From an uncultured delta proteobacterium (lineage in GTDB: Bacteria; Desulfobacterota; Syntrophia; Syntrophales; UBA2185), in NCBI GenBank assembly GCA_963729715.1, contig CAVSPA010000013.1, positions 1 through 28,104 of the forward strand: 28,104 bases of DNA. Direction: 5' to 3'. Each line of letters begins with the position of its first letter. Position 1 is the first letter of the stretch. Below the pieces are notes generated by a model. It was not told the origin of the DNA and did no database searches. It was given only the letters and a program-made list of their open reading frames with translations. Positions 8,368 through 18,284 of the stretch are shown here, one piece after another. The position numbers and the translations under genes are program-made.

Positions 8368-9891
8368 ATGAAATCCATTCTGATAAGAACCAGTTTTCTT
8401 TCCTTATGCCTGCTATTATGCATTCCTATGAAGTCTAATGCGGCCAGCGAGCAACGGACAGCCCTTGTAATCGGCAATAGCAATTACAGTTCTGGCCCTC
8501 TCAAGAACCCCGTCAATGACGCAACAGATATGGCTGCTGCGCTCCGTAAAGCAGGGTTCACGGTAGTTCTGAAGAAGGATGCAAACCTTGAGACAATGGA
8601 GCAAGCCATAGAGGATTTCGGTAACCGTCTGAAACGAGGTGGTGTGGGCCTTTTCTATTATGCTGGCCATGGAGTTCAGGTGAACGGCGTCAATTATCTT
8701 GTTCCTATAGGAGCTAAGGTTAACAAGGAATCGGACGTGCGATTCAAAGCCATTGACGTTGGGCGAATCCTCGCCGAGATGGAGAACGCCAACAACGGCC
8801 TGAATATAGTGCTACTCGACGCCTGCCGTGACAACCCCTTTGGCAAGAGTTACCGCAGTGCCTCCCGTGGCCTATCTATTGTGAGCAATGCTCCGACCGG
8901 CACGTTCATTTCATACTCCACCGGTGCTGGCCAAGTGGCCAGGGATGGTGAGGGAAGGAACAGTCCCTACACAAGGACTCTTCTTCAATATATGCGGGAA
9001 CCCGGGGTGCCAATTACGGAGCTATTCATAAAGGTTCGCCAGAAACTACGCAAGGAGACCGGGCAGGTGCCGTGGGAATTATCATCGCTGGAGGGTGAAT
9101 TTTATTTTGTACCGGGAGCAAAAAAGGCAGCGGCAGATTATGTGGGAGATGAACCTCAAAAGGAAGAAAAATCTACACAGATTCAGAAGCAAGAGAGTTC
9201 AGCCTTTGCTGATTTAAAAAGGAAGATGGAAGAGAGACGTGAAAAAGAAAGCCAATGGGTAAAGGATTTTGAGGATGCTAAACAGATGGAAGCGGATAGC
9301 CCGGATATGGCACAGAAGATTCAGGTGTGGCGGCAGTTTCTTGCAACTCTGCCTAATGAACTTACCGCCAAGGGCAATGAAATTCAGAAACGCGCGAGCA
9401 ACAGAGCAGAGATGTTGGAACACTGGAAAACAATTGGTAAGACACCACCCAAGGAAATCAGGAGCGATGGGCGGTTCATAGCCTATGATGACGGAACGGT
9501 GCTCGACACCCGGAACAAGCTCATGTGGGCAGCGAAGGATAATGAATATGATCTCAATTGGGTGAGCGCCAAGAGTTATTGTGACAATTATCGAGGGGGT
9601 GGATACAAAGACTGGCGGATGCCGACTGAAGAGGAGCTGAAGGGAATATTTGGTTCAGGAGAACCAAGACCTGGAAAATGCCAACAGGCTCAAAGTATGA
9701 CCCTGACGGAATTGATTAATCTGTCCTGTTATTGGGTATGGACATCTTCAACCAATATAGTCCCTGGTGGTCAGGCTGCCCTCTATGCTGATTTCCGGTA
9801 TTCGCCAGTGAGCAATTCTATGTATATCGGAAATTACGCACAGAAGGAAACGTTATGGCTACGAGCCCTTCCGGTGCGTTCTATCAAATAG
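8368..9891 (+). CDS. Secreted caspase-domain (peptidase C14) protein with C-terminal DUF1566/Lcl-type domain
   Basis: ALVIGNSNY..L.NPVNDA, YYAGHG and LDACR catalytic dyad. C-terminal GTVLD..LMW..A..YC..GGYKDWRMPT..EL. Confidence 0.88.
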   Translation: MKSILIRTSFLSLCLLLCIPMKSNAASEQRTALVIGNSNYSSGPLKNPVNDATDMAAALRKAGFTVVLKKDANLETMEQAIEDFGNRLKRGGVGLFYYAGHGVQVNGVNYLVPIGAKVNKESDVRFKAIDVGRILAEMENANNGLNIVLLDACRDNPFGKSYRSASRGLSIVSNAPTGTFISYSTGAGQVARDGEGRNSPYTRTLLQYMREPGVPITELFIKVRQKLRKETGQVPWELSSLEGEFYFVPGAKKAAADYVGDEPQKEEKSTQIQKQESSAFADLKRKMEERREKESQWVKDFEDAKQMEADSPDMAQKIQVWRQFLATLPNELTAKGNEIQKRASNRAEMLEHWKTIGKTPPKEIRSDGRFIAYDDGTVLDTRNKLMWAAKDNEYDLNWVSAKSYCDNYRGGGYKDWRMPTEEELKGIFGSGEPRPGKCQQAQSMTLTELINLSCYWVWTSSTNIVPGGQAALYADFRYSPVSNSMYIGNYAQKETLWLRALPVRSIK

Positions 9892-10083
9892 GTATTGATA
9901 GCGTTTGCTTCTTCCCGAAATGTTGTTCTTCTTAATCAGCCTATTGATATAACTTTCAAATACTTATCCTGACGTAGGCTTATCAGGGTGGATCAATAAA
10001 AATTGGTTGTAACATGCAAATTTTTGAGCGTGATTTTTCCAAGCTGAGATACTACGAACTTCCTTGCTTGTATCAAATACTAG

Positions 10084-10218
10084 AGAACAAAAGATATTGC
10101 CGAGTTGTTGGGCTATTCGCAACAGACGGTCGATTTTCACAGATTCAACATTCGAAATAAATTGGGAATGAGATACAAGAAGTCAAATCTCAGATCAGGC
10201 TTGCTTTCCTTTAAATAG
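10084..10218 (+). pseudogene. LuxR-type HTH remnant
   Basis: RTKDIAELLGYSQQTVDFHRFNIRNKLGMRYKKSNLRSGLLSFK*, preceded by an in-frame TAG at 10081 and lacking a start. Confidence 0.7.
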
Positions 10219-10816
10219 TATTCTGAGTGGTCCGCAGGGGATTTATTCGATCTGATAGGGCCAGGTCATTCGAATAATCCGCCAATAGATTAGGATAGGA
10301 GTTTATAGGGGCACGACGTTTTATGTTTCATATGAGACGCACGAATTTGACGTGCTCTCGATTCTCGCACCGCATGTTAACTTAGAATTCTGCCATTGAC
10401 ACTTCCTTCCAGCTATGTAGGCGAACCACCGAACCCACGGGGTCAGACTTTAACCGAGAACGTTTTACACGGCACAGCCTACGAGTCTGAAGCCATGCAA
10501 ATTTGTAGATATCAGTGCATGAAAAAAGAGTTGGAAATGTGACCGTCGATTGAGGATCGTCAATTGCTTCTTTCCTGTCCAAAATTTATTGGAATCGAAA
10601 ATCCTCTCTTAGTCCTACCTTAATCAGTCCACTTCCCTTTGAAACGCTACATATAGCTTAAAGCTCATCCTTTTTTAATTATGCCAGGGGATATGCAGAA
10701 CTGCGTATGCGATTATGCTCATTATTGGTCTTTCTTCATAAGCAGGCTTTCCCCAAACTCGATGTAACTTGCCGTATCAATGCACATTTTTTCTTAGTGG
10801 GCAATATTCGCTTAGA

Positions 10817-10832
10817 TGGCAGTGTTTTTGCA
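10817..10832 (+). promoter_or_regulatory. sigma54 (-24/-12) promoter
   Basis: TGGCAG-TGTTT-TTGCA matches TGGCAC-N5-TTGCW. A candidate activator palindrome ATATGCAGAACTGCGTAT lies at 10691-10708. Confidence 0.72.
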
Positions 10833-10926
10833 CATTAGGGAGAGCATCAGGTTGTCAGTGACAGTAATCGCCCAACACGTTGGCGATTATAAATTTTATT
10901 AACCATCAACCATGAGGAGGAATGCC

Positions 10927-11331
10927 ATGATCGTGAAGAACATGAAGGACACTCAAGAGACATCTATTTCAAGTTACCCTTACAAGGGAAAACCACTGCC
11001 CGTCAAGGACACATCCATCCGCTGGTTGTCGCAAGCAGGTCCGGCAGATTCGCCGGAATATGGTTTGAGATTCTTTACTCTCGGACCAGGCGGCAGCATA
11101 CCCATTCATAATCACCTGTACTATCAGACGATGTACATTTTGAGCGGGAAGCTTATCGTAACATCTTATTCCAAAGAAACTGATGCCAAAGTTGAAGAAA
11201 AAACAATAGGGCCACACGATTTTTGTTTTGTGCCCACCATGGAGCCACACAGCATTGTTAACCTGAGCAAGACCGAAAGCGCCACTCTTCTGTGCTGCAT
11301 CGGCGTTTTATGTTCAGACGACACGATATAG
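10927..11331 (+). CDS. Cupin domain protein
   Basis: LRFFTLGPGGSIPIHNH..Q..YILSG and FVPTMEPHSIVN cupin motifs. AGGAGG SD. Confidence 0.88.
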   Translation: MIVKNMKDTQETSISSYPYKGKPLPVKDTSIRWLSQAGPADSPEYGLRFFTLGPGGSIPIHNHLYYQTMYILSGKLIVTSYSKETDAKVEEKTIGPHDFCFVPTMEPHSIVNLSKTESATLLCCIGVLCSDDTI

Positions 11332-11443
11332 ACGCTTCAGAGGAGAAATTACTATCCTCAGTGACAAGGCAACAGACAAACAGTCTGTTTCGGAGTCAAA
11401 TGTGCACCCATAAAAAAATAACAGAAAAATTAGGAGGAGAAGG

Positions 11444-12217
11444 ATGAGTTATACAGTTAAATCAGTTTGTCTGGGATCAATCGAGGCGGATCAGTCGGGA
11501 TTCACGTATATGGCTTTCCCGGGAGTTCCCATCGTTCTGGATGTGGCGTACTTTATTGTGAAAGGCGCGCCCAAGACCATTCTTTTTGATACGGGTTCCT
11601 GGTCCGCCTTAATGGCGAAGTACTGGCCGGGCAAGGGTGTCGATTTCCAGACATTTGAAGAGTCTCTGGCAAAAGAAGGTATGAAGCCCGAAGATGTCGA
11701 TATTATCATCACCTCGCATATGCACCACGACCACGTTGGTAATCATTTCAAATGTAAGAATGCGGAAGTCTATATTCAGGTCGAAGAATTCGCTTTTGCA
11801 CAGGCGCCTCACCCTCTGCATGCGCAATACTATCCGAAAGACTTGATGGACCAGATAGACGCCATGAAAGTGCGCTTGATACGAGGCGATTATGAATTAT
11901 TTCCCGGTATTCGCATCATGCTCACGCCGGGTCATACGCCGGGCACCCAGTCTCTATGCGTCGATACCAAAGAAGGGAAAACGGTTATTCCCGGTCAGTG
12001 CACGACGTACCATACGTTTGTGGAACCGTGCAAGTGTCTTCCGAAGGGCCATCCATTTGCCGCTTGGGAGGTATTCAGCCAGACCATTGCAACAGACATG
12101 AATCAGGCGTACTGGAGCAATCTACAGGTAAAAAAGATGGCTGATGTCTTGCTTCCCTGTCACGGGCCCGGATTTGATGAAAGAACAAAAAAATATCTGC
12201 CGCCTTCAATGAAATAG
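11444..12217 (+). CDS. Metallo-beta-lactamase-fold hydrolase (N-acyl homoserine lactonase-like family)
   Basis: ILFDTG, SHMHHDHVG, TPGHTPG, LLPCH. Confidence 0.88.
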   Translation: MSYTVKSVCLGSIEADQSGFTYMAFPGVPIVLDVAYFIVKGAPKTILFDTGSWSALMAKYWPGKGVDFQTFEESLAKEGMKPEDVDIIITSHMHHDHVGNHFKCKNAEVYIQVEEFAFAQAPHPLHAQYYPKDLMDQIDAMKVRLIRGDYELFPGIRIMLTPGHTPGTQSLCVDTKEGKTVIPGQCTTYHTFVEPCKCLPKGHPFAAWEVFSQTIATDMNQAYWSNLQVKKMADVLLPCHGPGFDERTKKYLPPSMK

Positions 12218-12440
12218 ATTGTTTGCTTTGTCATGAAACCTGATTGGCGGATATAGAAAAATATTGAGCAGGTTACATACGCATTAAGAGGCATGGGTGT
12301 ACTTTCCAATAAGTGCGGCAAATAGTCCTTCATGAGGTCAAAGCAAAGGTGTGCACAGTTGGGCGCCATGCGAAGCTCCTCATGAAGGACGCATGATGCG
12401 AAGTTAAAAACTCGGGAAGGTTTTGGGGAGGTTGAATAAT

Positions 12441-14342
12441 ATGGCGTACATAATTGCGACAGCGTTATTTGCATTAGCTCTCTTGCTGACAGGGTATATC
12501 ACAACAAACTATATCAGGGGGCTTCACTCATTTAATATTGCCGGTCGTGAGCTGGGTATCTTTGCGGGATTCACCGGGATAGTTGCCACAGGTGTCGTAG
12601 GTCAAATGATCGTAATGCAGTCCGGGCTCGCAGTTAGTTTCGGTTTCCTGGCAAGCTTGAGTAGTACTGTGCCTTATGGATTAGGATTGTTTCTTTATGC
12701 ATTTACTGTAGGCCCGGTTATTAGAAGGTGCGGTGGCCAGACGTTAGCGGAATTCATGGAATCAAGATTTTCCAAAGAAGCAAGGTTAATTACCAGTATT
12801 ACACAAATTCTTGGAATGATGGGAGTTGTTGCACTTTCGACGGTTGCGCTCGCTAACATTACTCAAGCCTTGCTTGGGTGGCCGTGGCTTGTCGGGATCA
12901 CTGTTTTTTTTAGTATGTATGGGCTTTTCATTATCTTTGGCGGGTTTTGGGCAGTTACAACAACAGACATATTAGAGTTGATAATAAAAGTCGGTATAGC
13001 ACTCCCTGCTGTTACAATTTACTTAGCGATTCACTACGGAGGATTTGGTTTTCTTATCGATTCCTGGCCACATAATTTTCTTACAACCGGATATGCGGGC
13101 GGGCAAATGAACATTTTCTCGCCCATTCATCCAAGTTATTTAACACTTGGGTGGATGTTCTTTGCAATAACGATGGGGTCTTCCTATTATTGGATGAGGG
13201 GCGCTGCAGCGAGAGACGAAAGAGTTCTGAAACTTACATATATTATAGGAGGACTCACGATCGTCTTTTTGGCTCCAATCATCTATGGTATCTACGGGGC
13301 ATACGCGGCGGTGCTTAATCCCGGAGCTTTCCAGCCGTTAGGAAAATTATCAGTAGATGCTGCAGTAGGTATGTTAATGAAAAAGTTGAATACCGCGGTA
13401 GGAGTGACTTTATATGTTGGACTGTTAGCTGCTTCTCTTTCAACCGGAGCTATGGCCCTTATCGGAGTTACTGCAACATTGCAGAGAGACGTTATCAAGG
13501 GGACTAAGTGGGGGAGCACCGTCCACGGCGGGCGTATTCTAATTGTCCTCACACTCATCGGGATATGGCTTTTGTGCTTTTATCCAAGGGCTATTGTTTA
13601 CCTGTTCAGTTACGTCTTTGCGTGGTTTATTCCCTCCTTTGCTGCCATATTATTCGGGTTCTACTGGAGAAGAGTAACTAACGCAGGAATAGTTTGGGGA
13701 ATCACGCTTAGCAGTTTGGCGATGCTGGTGTTGCAATTGGGTGAGTTGACGGGTATCTTGAAGACATGGCATATCGCTCATCCAGCCATAGTTGGAAGTA
13801 TCGTTGTGTTTGCTGTCATACCGGTTGTGAGTATTTTTACGATGCCGAAATACTTTGGCGAGTTGAATTGGAAAGCCAAGCCTTCAGAAACGGAACTATT
13901 ACAACCAATTCCTGCAGGAATTGGTGAAGCTGAAAGAGAAGTAATGAAGGCAATTCGACGAGGTTATGTAACTTTGGCAGATATCGTTGATTTATTTTCG
14001 GATAAGGCATCTTCAGAAGTGAATGAAATAGTTGAGCGCTGTGACGCCAACCGTTTGATAGAGCGGGAAGCTTTGTACGGACTGGGATTATTTACCTTCT
14101 CTTTGACGGATAAAGGTGTGAAGTTACTGGAGCCTCTTTCCTCTGAAGATGAAAAGCTTCAGACCAAAGGACTGGATACGATGTCAATCGAGATGTTAAG
14201 AATTGCTGATAGAGATCCGAAGAATTATGTGGATGCTTTCATAAAAGATGGGAAGACCGTACTTGGAGCACAGGCGGTTGCCAATAGATTGGTTAAGCTT
14301 GGTTATGTTAAAAACAAGGGGATTTTTCAAAGAGAAATTTAA
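12441..14342 (+). CDS. Sodium:solute symporter family protein with C-terminal tandem winged-helix domains
   Basis: About 13 TM segments with SSS motifs (TLAEFMESRFS, GGFWAVTTTD, LLAASLST, FYWRRVTNAG). Soluble tail with wHTH-like repeats. The frame continues past the TAA at 14340 to TAG at 14400-14402. Confidence 0.85.
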   Translation: MAYIIATALFALALLLTGYITTNYIRGLHSFNIAGRELGIFAGFTGIVATGVVGQMIVMQSGLAVSFGFLASLSSTVPYGLGLFLYAFTVGPVIRRCGGQTLAEFMESRFSKEARLITSITQILGMMGVVALSTVALANITQALLGWPWLVGITVFFSMYGLFIIFGGFWAVTTTDILELIIKVGIALPAVTIYLAIHYGGFGFLIDSWPHNFLTTGYAGGQMNIFSPIHPSYLTLGWMFFAITMGSSYYWMRGAAARDERVLKLTYIIGGLTIVFLAPIIYGIYGAYAAVLNPGAFQPLGKLSVDAAVGMLMKKLNTAVGVTLYVGLLAASLSTGAMALIGVTATLQRDVIKGTKWGSTVHGGRILIVLTLIGIWLLCFYPRAIVYLFSYVFAWFIPSFAAILFGFYWRRVTNAGIVWGITLSSLAMLVLQLGELTGILKTWHIAHPAIVGSIVVFAVIPVVSIFTMPKYFGELNWKAKPSETELLQPIPAGIGEAEREVMKAIRRGYVTLADIVDLFSDKASSEVNEIVERCDANRLIEREALYGLGLFTFSLTDKGVKLLEPLSSEDEKLQTKGLDTMSIEMLRIADRDPKNYVDAFIKDGKTVLGAQAVANRLVKLGYVKNKGIFQREI

Positions 14343-14428
14343 ATAACGGAAAAAGGTAGAGAAATTCTTCGTCAAATAGATAAGGGGGTTAAGAACAAAT
14401 AGGTTCCTATCAATGACGATTTAAGCGT

Positions 14429-14742
14429 GTGCCCGTCTTGTCGAAGCAAAAGTGTACTGGTCCCCCTACTCCACATGAGTTGACCAGAGATCCGGACTGG
14501 GACGAAGATGAAAAGATGCTTACGACGTATGACCTGGGACTTGATAACAGGTCATCTGTAAAGGTGTTTATAGGTATTGATAAACCGGACTTGCATAAAT
14601 TACCTTTTCTCTGAAGCCTGAAGATCTTGCCGCCCTGCCAGCGCTTTCAAGAGATGAACAGGAGATGTTTACCCATAGAATTATGCTTGAGGATTTGAAG
14701 GTTTTACCGGCTAAATATCAGTCAAAGGAGACGACCTTATGA
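14429..14742 (+). pseudogene. Truncated, frameshifted C-terminal gene fragment upstream of the ferredoxin
   Basis: ..GIDKPDLHKLPF, frame change at the T-run near 14605-14608, then LKPEDLAALP..KETTL*. Its TGA overlaps the ferredoxin ATG (ATGA at 14739-14742). Confidence 0.45.
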
Positions 14743-15068
14743 AATTTGATATGCCAACATGCGGAGGTTGCAGGACTTGTGAATTAGCGTGTTCGTATCA
14801 TCATACCGGCGAATTTGCTCCTTCAGTATCCAGTATTAAAATTCTCGATAAAGAAGACGGCGCTGGATATTACGTGTTGTTTCTTGAAGACAATGAGGAA
14901 AAAGAGAAAGGTTGTGACGGTTGTGTTAATTTGGACGTCCCCTTGTGTGTAGAATTCTGTAAGAAACCGGAAGAACTAACAAAGATGGTGAAAGAACTCC
15001 TCGAAAAGGTGAGATCAAAGGGAAGAGAAGCGGAGATGAATATCAGGCCCGCGCAAGGTTTGCGTTAA
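14739..15068 (+). CDS. 4Fe-4S ferredoxin-like subunit associated with AOR
   Basis: CGGCRTCELAC and CDGC..PLCVEFC. AAGGAG SD. Confidence 0.85.
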   Translation: MKFDMPTCGGCRTCELACSYHHTGEFAPSVSSIKILDKEDGAGYYVLFLEDNEEKEKGCDGCVNLDVPLCVEFCKKPEELTKMVKELLEKVRSKGREAEMNIRPAQGLR

Positions 15069-15139
15069 TCGCCTTCTGCTCGTCACATAAAGTAATTCGT
15101 AAAGAAGGACGGGAGAAAAAAACATCAAAGGGATATGAG

Positions 15140-17086
15140 ATGTCAGAAAATGGAAGTCTATATACATATGCTGGTAAAATTCTCCACATCAATTTAAGCA
15201 ATGGGAAAATCTGGACGGAGCCTACATCAAAATACGCCAGGGAATGGTTAGGGGCATCCGGAATTGCCGTCAAAATCCTCTACGATGAATTGAAGTCCTG
15301 GGTGACGCCCTATGATCCGGCGAATAAGCTCATCTTCGGTTCGGGGCCCCTTGTGGGAACGACGGCGCCCGGAGCGAATAAGATGAATGTAAGTACATTG
15401 GGTCCGATGATTCATGGATGGGCCAGTTCCTGCAGCGATAGTTACGTGGGAGCTCAACTAAAATTTTCTGGGTATGATTCCATTGTTTTTGAAGGAAAGG
15501 CCCATACGCCCGTATATTTATGGGTCCATGATGATAAAGTGGAGATTCGGAATGCCAGCCATTTGTGGGGGAAGACGACTTGGGAGACCCTGGACCTAAT
15601 CCGAAAAGAGTTGGGCGATCCTTCCTTGCATATTGCGTCCATCGGGCCCGCGGGCGAGAATCTTGTTCGCGGCGCATGCATTGTCCAAGATACAGGGAGA
15701 GCGTTTGGGCGCTGTGGTACAGGGGCCGTAATGGGATCCAAGAATTTGAAGGCGATTGTGGCCAAAGGCACGGGTGCAATCAGGGTGGCCCAACCGACGC
15801 GGTTTATGGAAGCTGTAAAAAGATCCCGAGCCTTGTATAAGACTGCCCGGAGTGTAGAGAACTTTCATAAATACGGGACGCTCTCTATTTTCCAGGCGAA
15901 GCAAGACGTATGCGGTATTCCGTACAAAAATTTTCAGGAGGGGCGTATCCCGGATGATATGGCCGCAGTTATGCACCCTTCTAAGACTTGCGATAAATAT
16001 ACGATTGCTCCCGTAAGCTTCCCCGGATGTGGTGTGGGGGGATGCGGCCGGCGGCTACATATCACAGAGGGACCTTATGCCGGACTCAAGACCGAGTGCA
16101 ACCAGTGGGAGGTTATGGGAACACTGCAGGGCCGTCTCGCCGTTTGGGAACCTACCTTTATGCTCAAGATCAACGCCGTCTGCAATAAGTTGGGACTGGA
16201 CGTGGATGCAGTTGGAGGCGCCATCGGCTGGGCGATGGAGTGCTATCAACGGGACATCCTCAAAGAAACCGATACGGACGGTCTCAAATTAAATTGGGGC
16301 GACGCCGGCGTTATTCTCGAACTGACTCGAAAGATTGCCTACCGGGAAGGTTTTGGGGACATATTGGCGGAGGGATGCGCAAGGGCGGCCGACATCCTCG
16401 GCCGGGATAGCAGGTACTATGCTATGCATATTAAAGGTCAAGATCTCTACGAACCGCTTCGGGGAGCGAATGCTTGGGCCTTGGGAGTCACCACCGCTAC
16501 CCGCGGTGGAGGTCATACCTCGGGGGCTCCGGTATGCGAAACGGTTCCCAATTTGGACCTCAAGAAAGCCAAGGAGATTTTTGGGGTCGATAATGCCGAC
16601 CAATCTACCGCTTATGAAGGGAAGGCTAAAATGGTGAAAGTCATGGAGGTCGTTCACCGGGTATGTAACTCTTTCGGTGTTTGCATGTGGAATACCATTG
16701 CTTGGGATTTAGGAATGCCCGGGTTGCCAGAGTTAACCGAACTTTACTCTGCGGCTACAGGTTGGGAGACTTCGGCGGAAGACTTGGAGAGGCTGACGAT
16801 GAAGCAGCTGAATTTGGAGAAGGCGTTCAACCTGAGATTTACTGCTTTCGATCGAAAAGATGACATGCCTACCCCCAGAGATCTAAATGAGCCCATCCCC
16901 AAAGGTAAGTTAGCCGGTGTTAAAATCGATGAGGAAAAGTGGAATGAACTGCTTGATGATTACTATGATCTTCATGGATGGGACAGAAAAACCAGTTTCC
17001 CTACGAGAAGAACTTTGATTGATTTAGGGATTGGCGATGTGGCAAACGACTTAGAAATGATCGGCAAATTAGGACGAGGAGCATGA
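15140..17086 (+). CDS. aor: Tungsten/molybdenum-pterin aldehyde:ferredoxin oxidoreductase family enzyme
   Basis: YAGKILHINLS, LKFSGYD, IGPAGENLV, GRCGTGAVMGSKNLKAI, CNKLGLD, IAYREGFG..LAEG, YY.LHGWD..P. Confidence 0.93.
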   Translation: MSENGSLYTYAGKILHINLSNGKIWTEPTSKYAREWLGASGIAVKILYDELKSWVTPYDPANKLIFGSGPLVGTTAPGANKMNVSTLGPMIHGWASSCSDSYVGAQLKFSGYDSIVFEGKAHTPVYLWVHDDKVEIRNASHLWGKTTWETLDLIRKELGDPSLHIASIGPAGENLVRGACIVQDTGRAFGRCGTGAVMGSKNLKAIVAKGTGAIRVAQPTRFMEAVKRSRALYKTARSVENFHKYGTLSIFQAKQDVCGIPYKNFQEGRIPDDMAAVMHPSKTCDKYTIAPVSFPGCGVGGCGRRLHITEGPYAGLKTECNQWEVMGTLQGRLAVWEPTFMLKINAVCNKLGLDVDAVGGAIGWAMECYQRDILKETDTDGLKLNWGDAGVILELTRKIAYREGFGDILAEGCARAADILGRDSRYYAMHIKGQDLYEPLRGANAWALGVTTATRGGGHTSGAPVCETVPNLDLKKAKEIFGVDNADQSTAYEGKAKMVKVMEVVHRVCNSFGVCMWNTIAWDLGMPGLPELTELYSAATGWETSAEDLERLTMKQLNLEKAFNLRFTAFDRKDDMPTPRDLNEPIPKGKLAGVKIDEEKWNELLDDYYDLHGWDRKTSFPTRRTLIDLGIGDVANDLEMIGKLGRGA

Positions 17087-17384
17087 AAAATACTGGCCGA
17101 TAAATGAATCATAAATTGTCCTAAACGAGAGTTGGTTTGATAGTGGGAGAACCTGCATTGCAAGCGGGGTTTACGCCACTAACTTCTCCCTCACATTCTT
17201 TTCTTGTACGTCTTCAAATGGGGGCTACTTCATTTGTGCGGTTGTCTCCACAGAGAAAGAGCTTGTTGGACAATAAGGCTTTATCCTTTGCAGCTTAAGA
17301 GTTTATCACACTAAAAAGTGACCGTTGCGAAGTGGTGAAACCAGGAATCAGCGTTCATTAATGCAGTGGAAGGAGGTTTTCAAT

Positions 17385-17705
17385 ATTTCAACAATTGAAT
17401 TCGCAGGAAAACAATACGAAGTGGATGAGGACGGTTATCTCCAGGAACCTGACAAGTGGAGTGAAGAGTTTGCCCAGGCCTATGCGAAAGAGGAAGGCAT
17501 CGAGGGTGTCCTGACCGAAGAGCACTGGAAGATTATTCGCTATCTGCGGGGTTATTTTCAGCAGTTCGGTATGGCTCCTATTATTAGGAAACTCTGTAAA
17601 GATAATGGGATCAATAAGCAGAAGCTCGACGAACTCTTTCCGACAGGACCTGCCAAAGGGGCCTGCAAGCTGGCAGGGCTATCGAAACCAGCCGGATGCA
17701 TCTGA
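17385..17705 (+). CDS. DsrC/TusE family sulfur-relay protein
   Basis: VDEDGYL..W..LTEEHWKII.YLR..LFPTGPAKGACKLAGLSKPAGCI, with both C-terminal Cys (CX10C). AGGAGG at 17371-17376 points to an ATT codon at 17385. Confidence 0.85.
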   Translation: MSTIEFAGKQYEVDEDGYLQEPDKWSEEFAQAYAKEEGIEGVLTEEHWKIIRYLRGYFQQFGMAPIIRKLCKDNGINKQKLDELFPTGPAKGACKLAGLSKPAGCI

Positions 17706-18284
17706 ACGATATTATCAGCAGTGGGCGCATCGTGTTGAATAGGGCTCAAGGAGCGATAGCACATGGGTTGTGTGGATCGTAATCCGCACATTTTCCGTAA
17801 GATTATTTTTCCGGGTGCTGCTGCGTGCAGAAGCTTATATCTTGTTGCTGCGGATATGCGACAGGAATCTGAATGTCTTGTCAGCATCTGAGAAATTCTT
17901 TAGTCTAAATTTTCCTCTCGCTGTCGCTGGGGCATGTTTGATTGCACGACCTTCCCATGGGGTTGTCTGAACCGGTGATGGCGAACGGAAATCTCCTGGT
18001 CCCCGCAATCAACAGAACGACGCTGATGGGCTCATTTGCGGATGCATCGATGAAGTGGGCATCGCTTGGCCCGGAACGTTCTTCCCGCTCATCCATGATA
18101 GTCTCACACAACATGACGCGCCAAGTTCCATATGAAGCGAATCCAAACCACGCGTCCCGGCTGCAATGTCCCGGCCCACGCCTTTGAGACTTGCCTGAAA
18201 GGCCGGAATGGTTTATATGAGAGCCGATATGAAGCATAAAGCCGTTTAACTTTGTCTCCACTATTTCAAGGGAACTATATAAGA

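Noticed and set aside
17710..18250. ORFs between DsrC and the activator
   Set aside because: No recognisable motifs or RBS; possibly a decayed gene but I cannot assign it.
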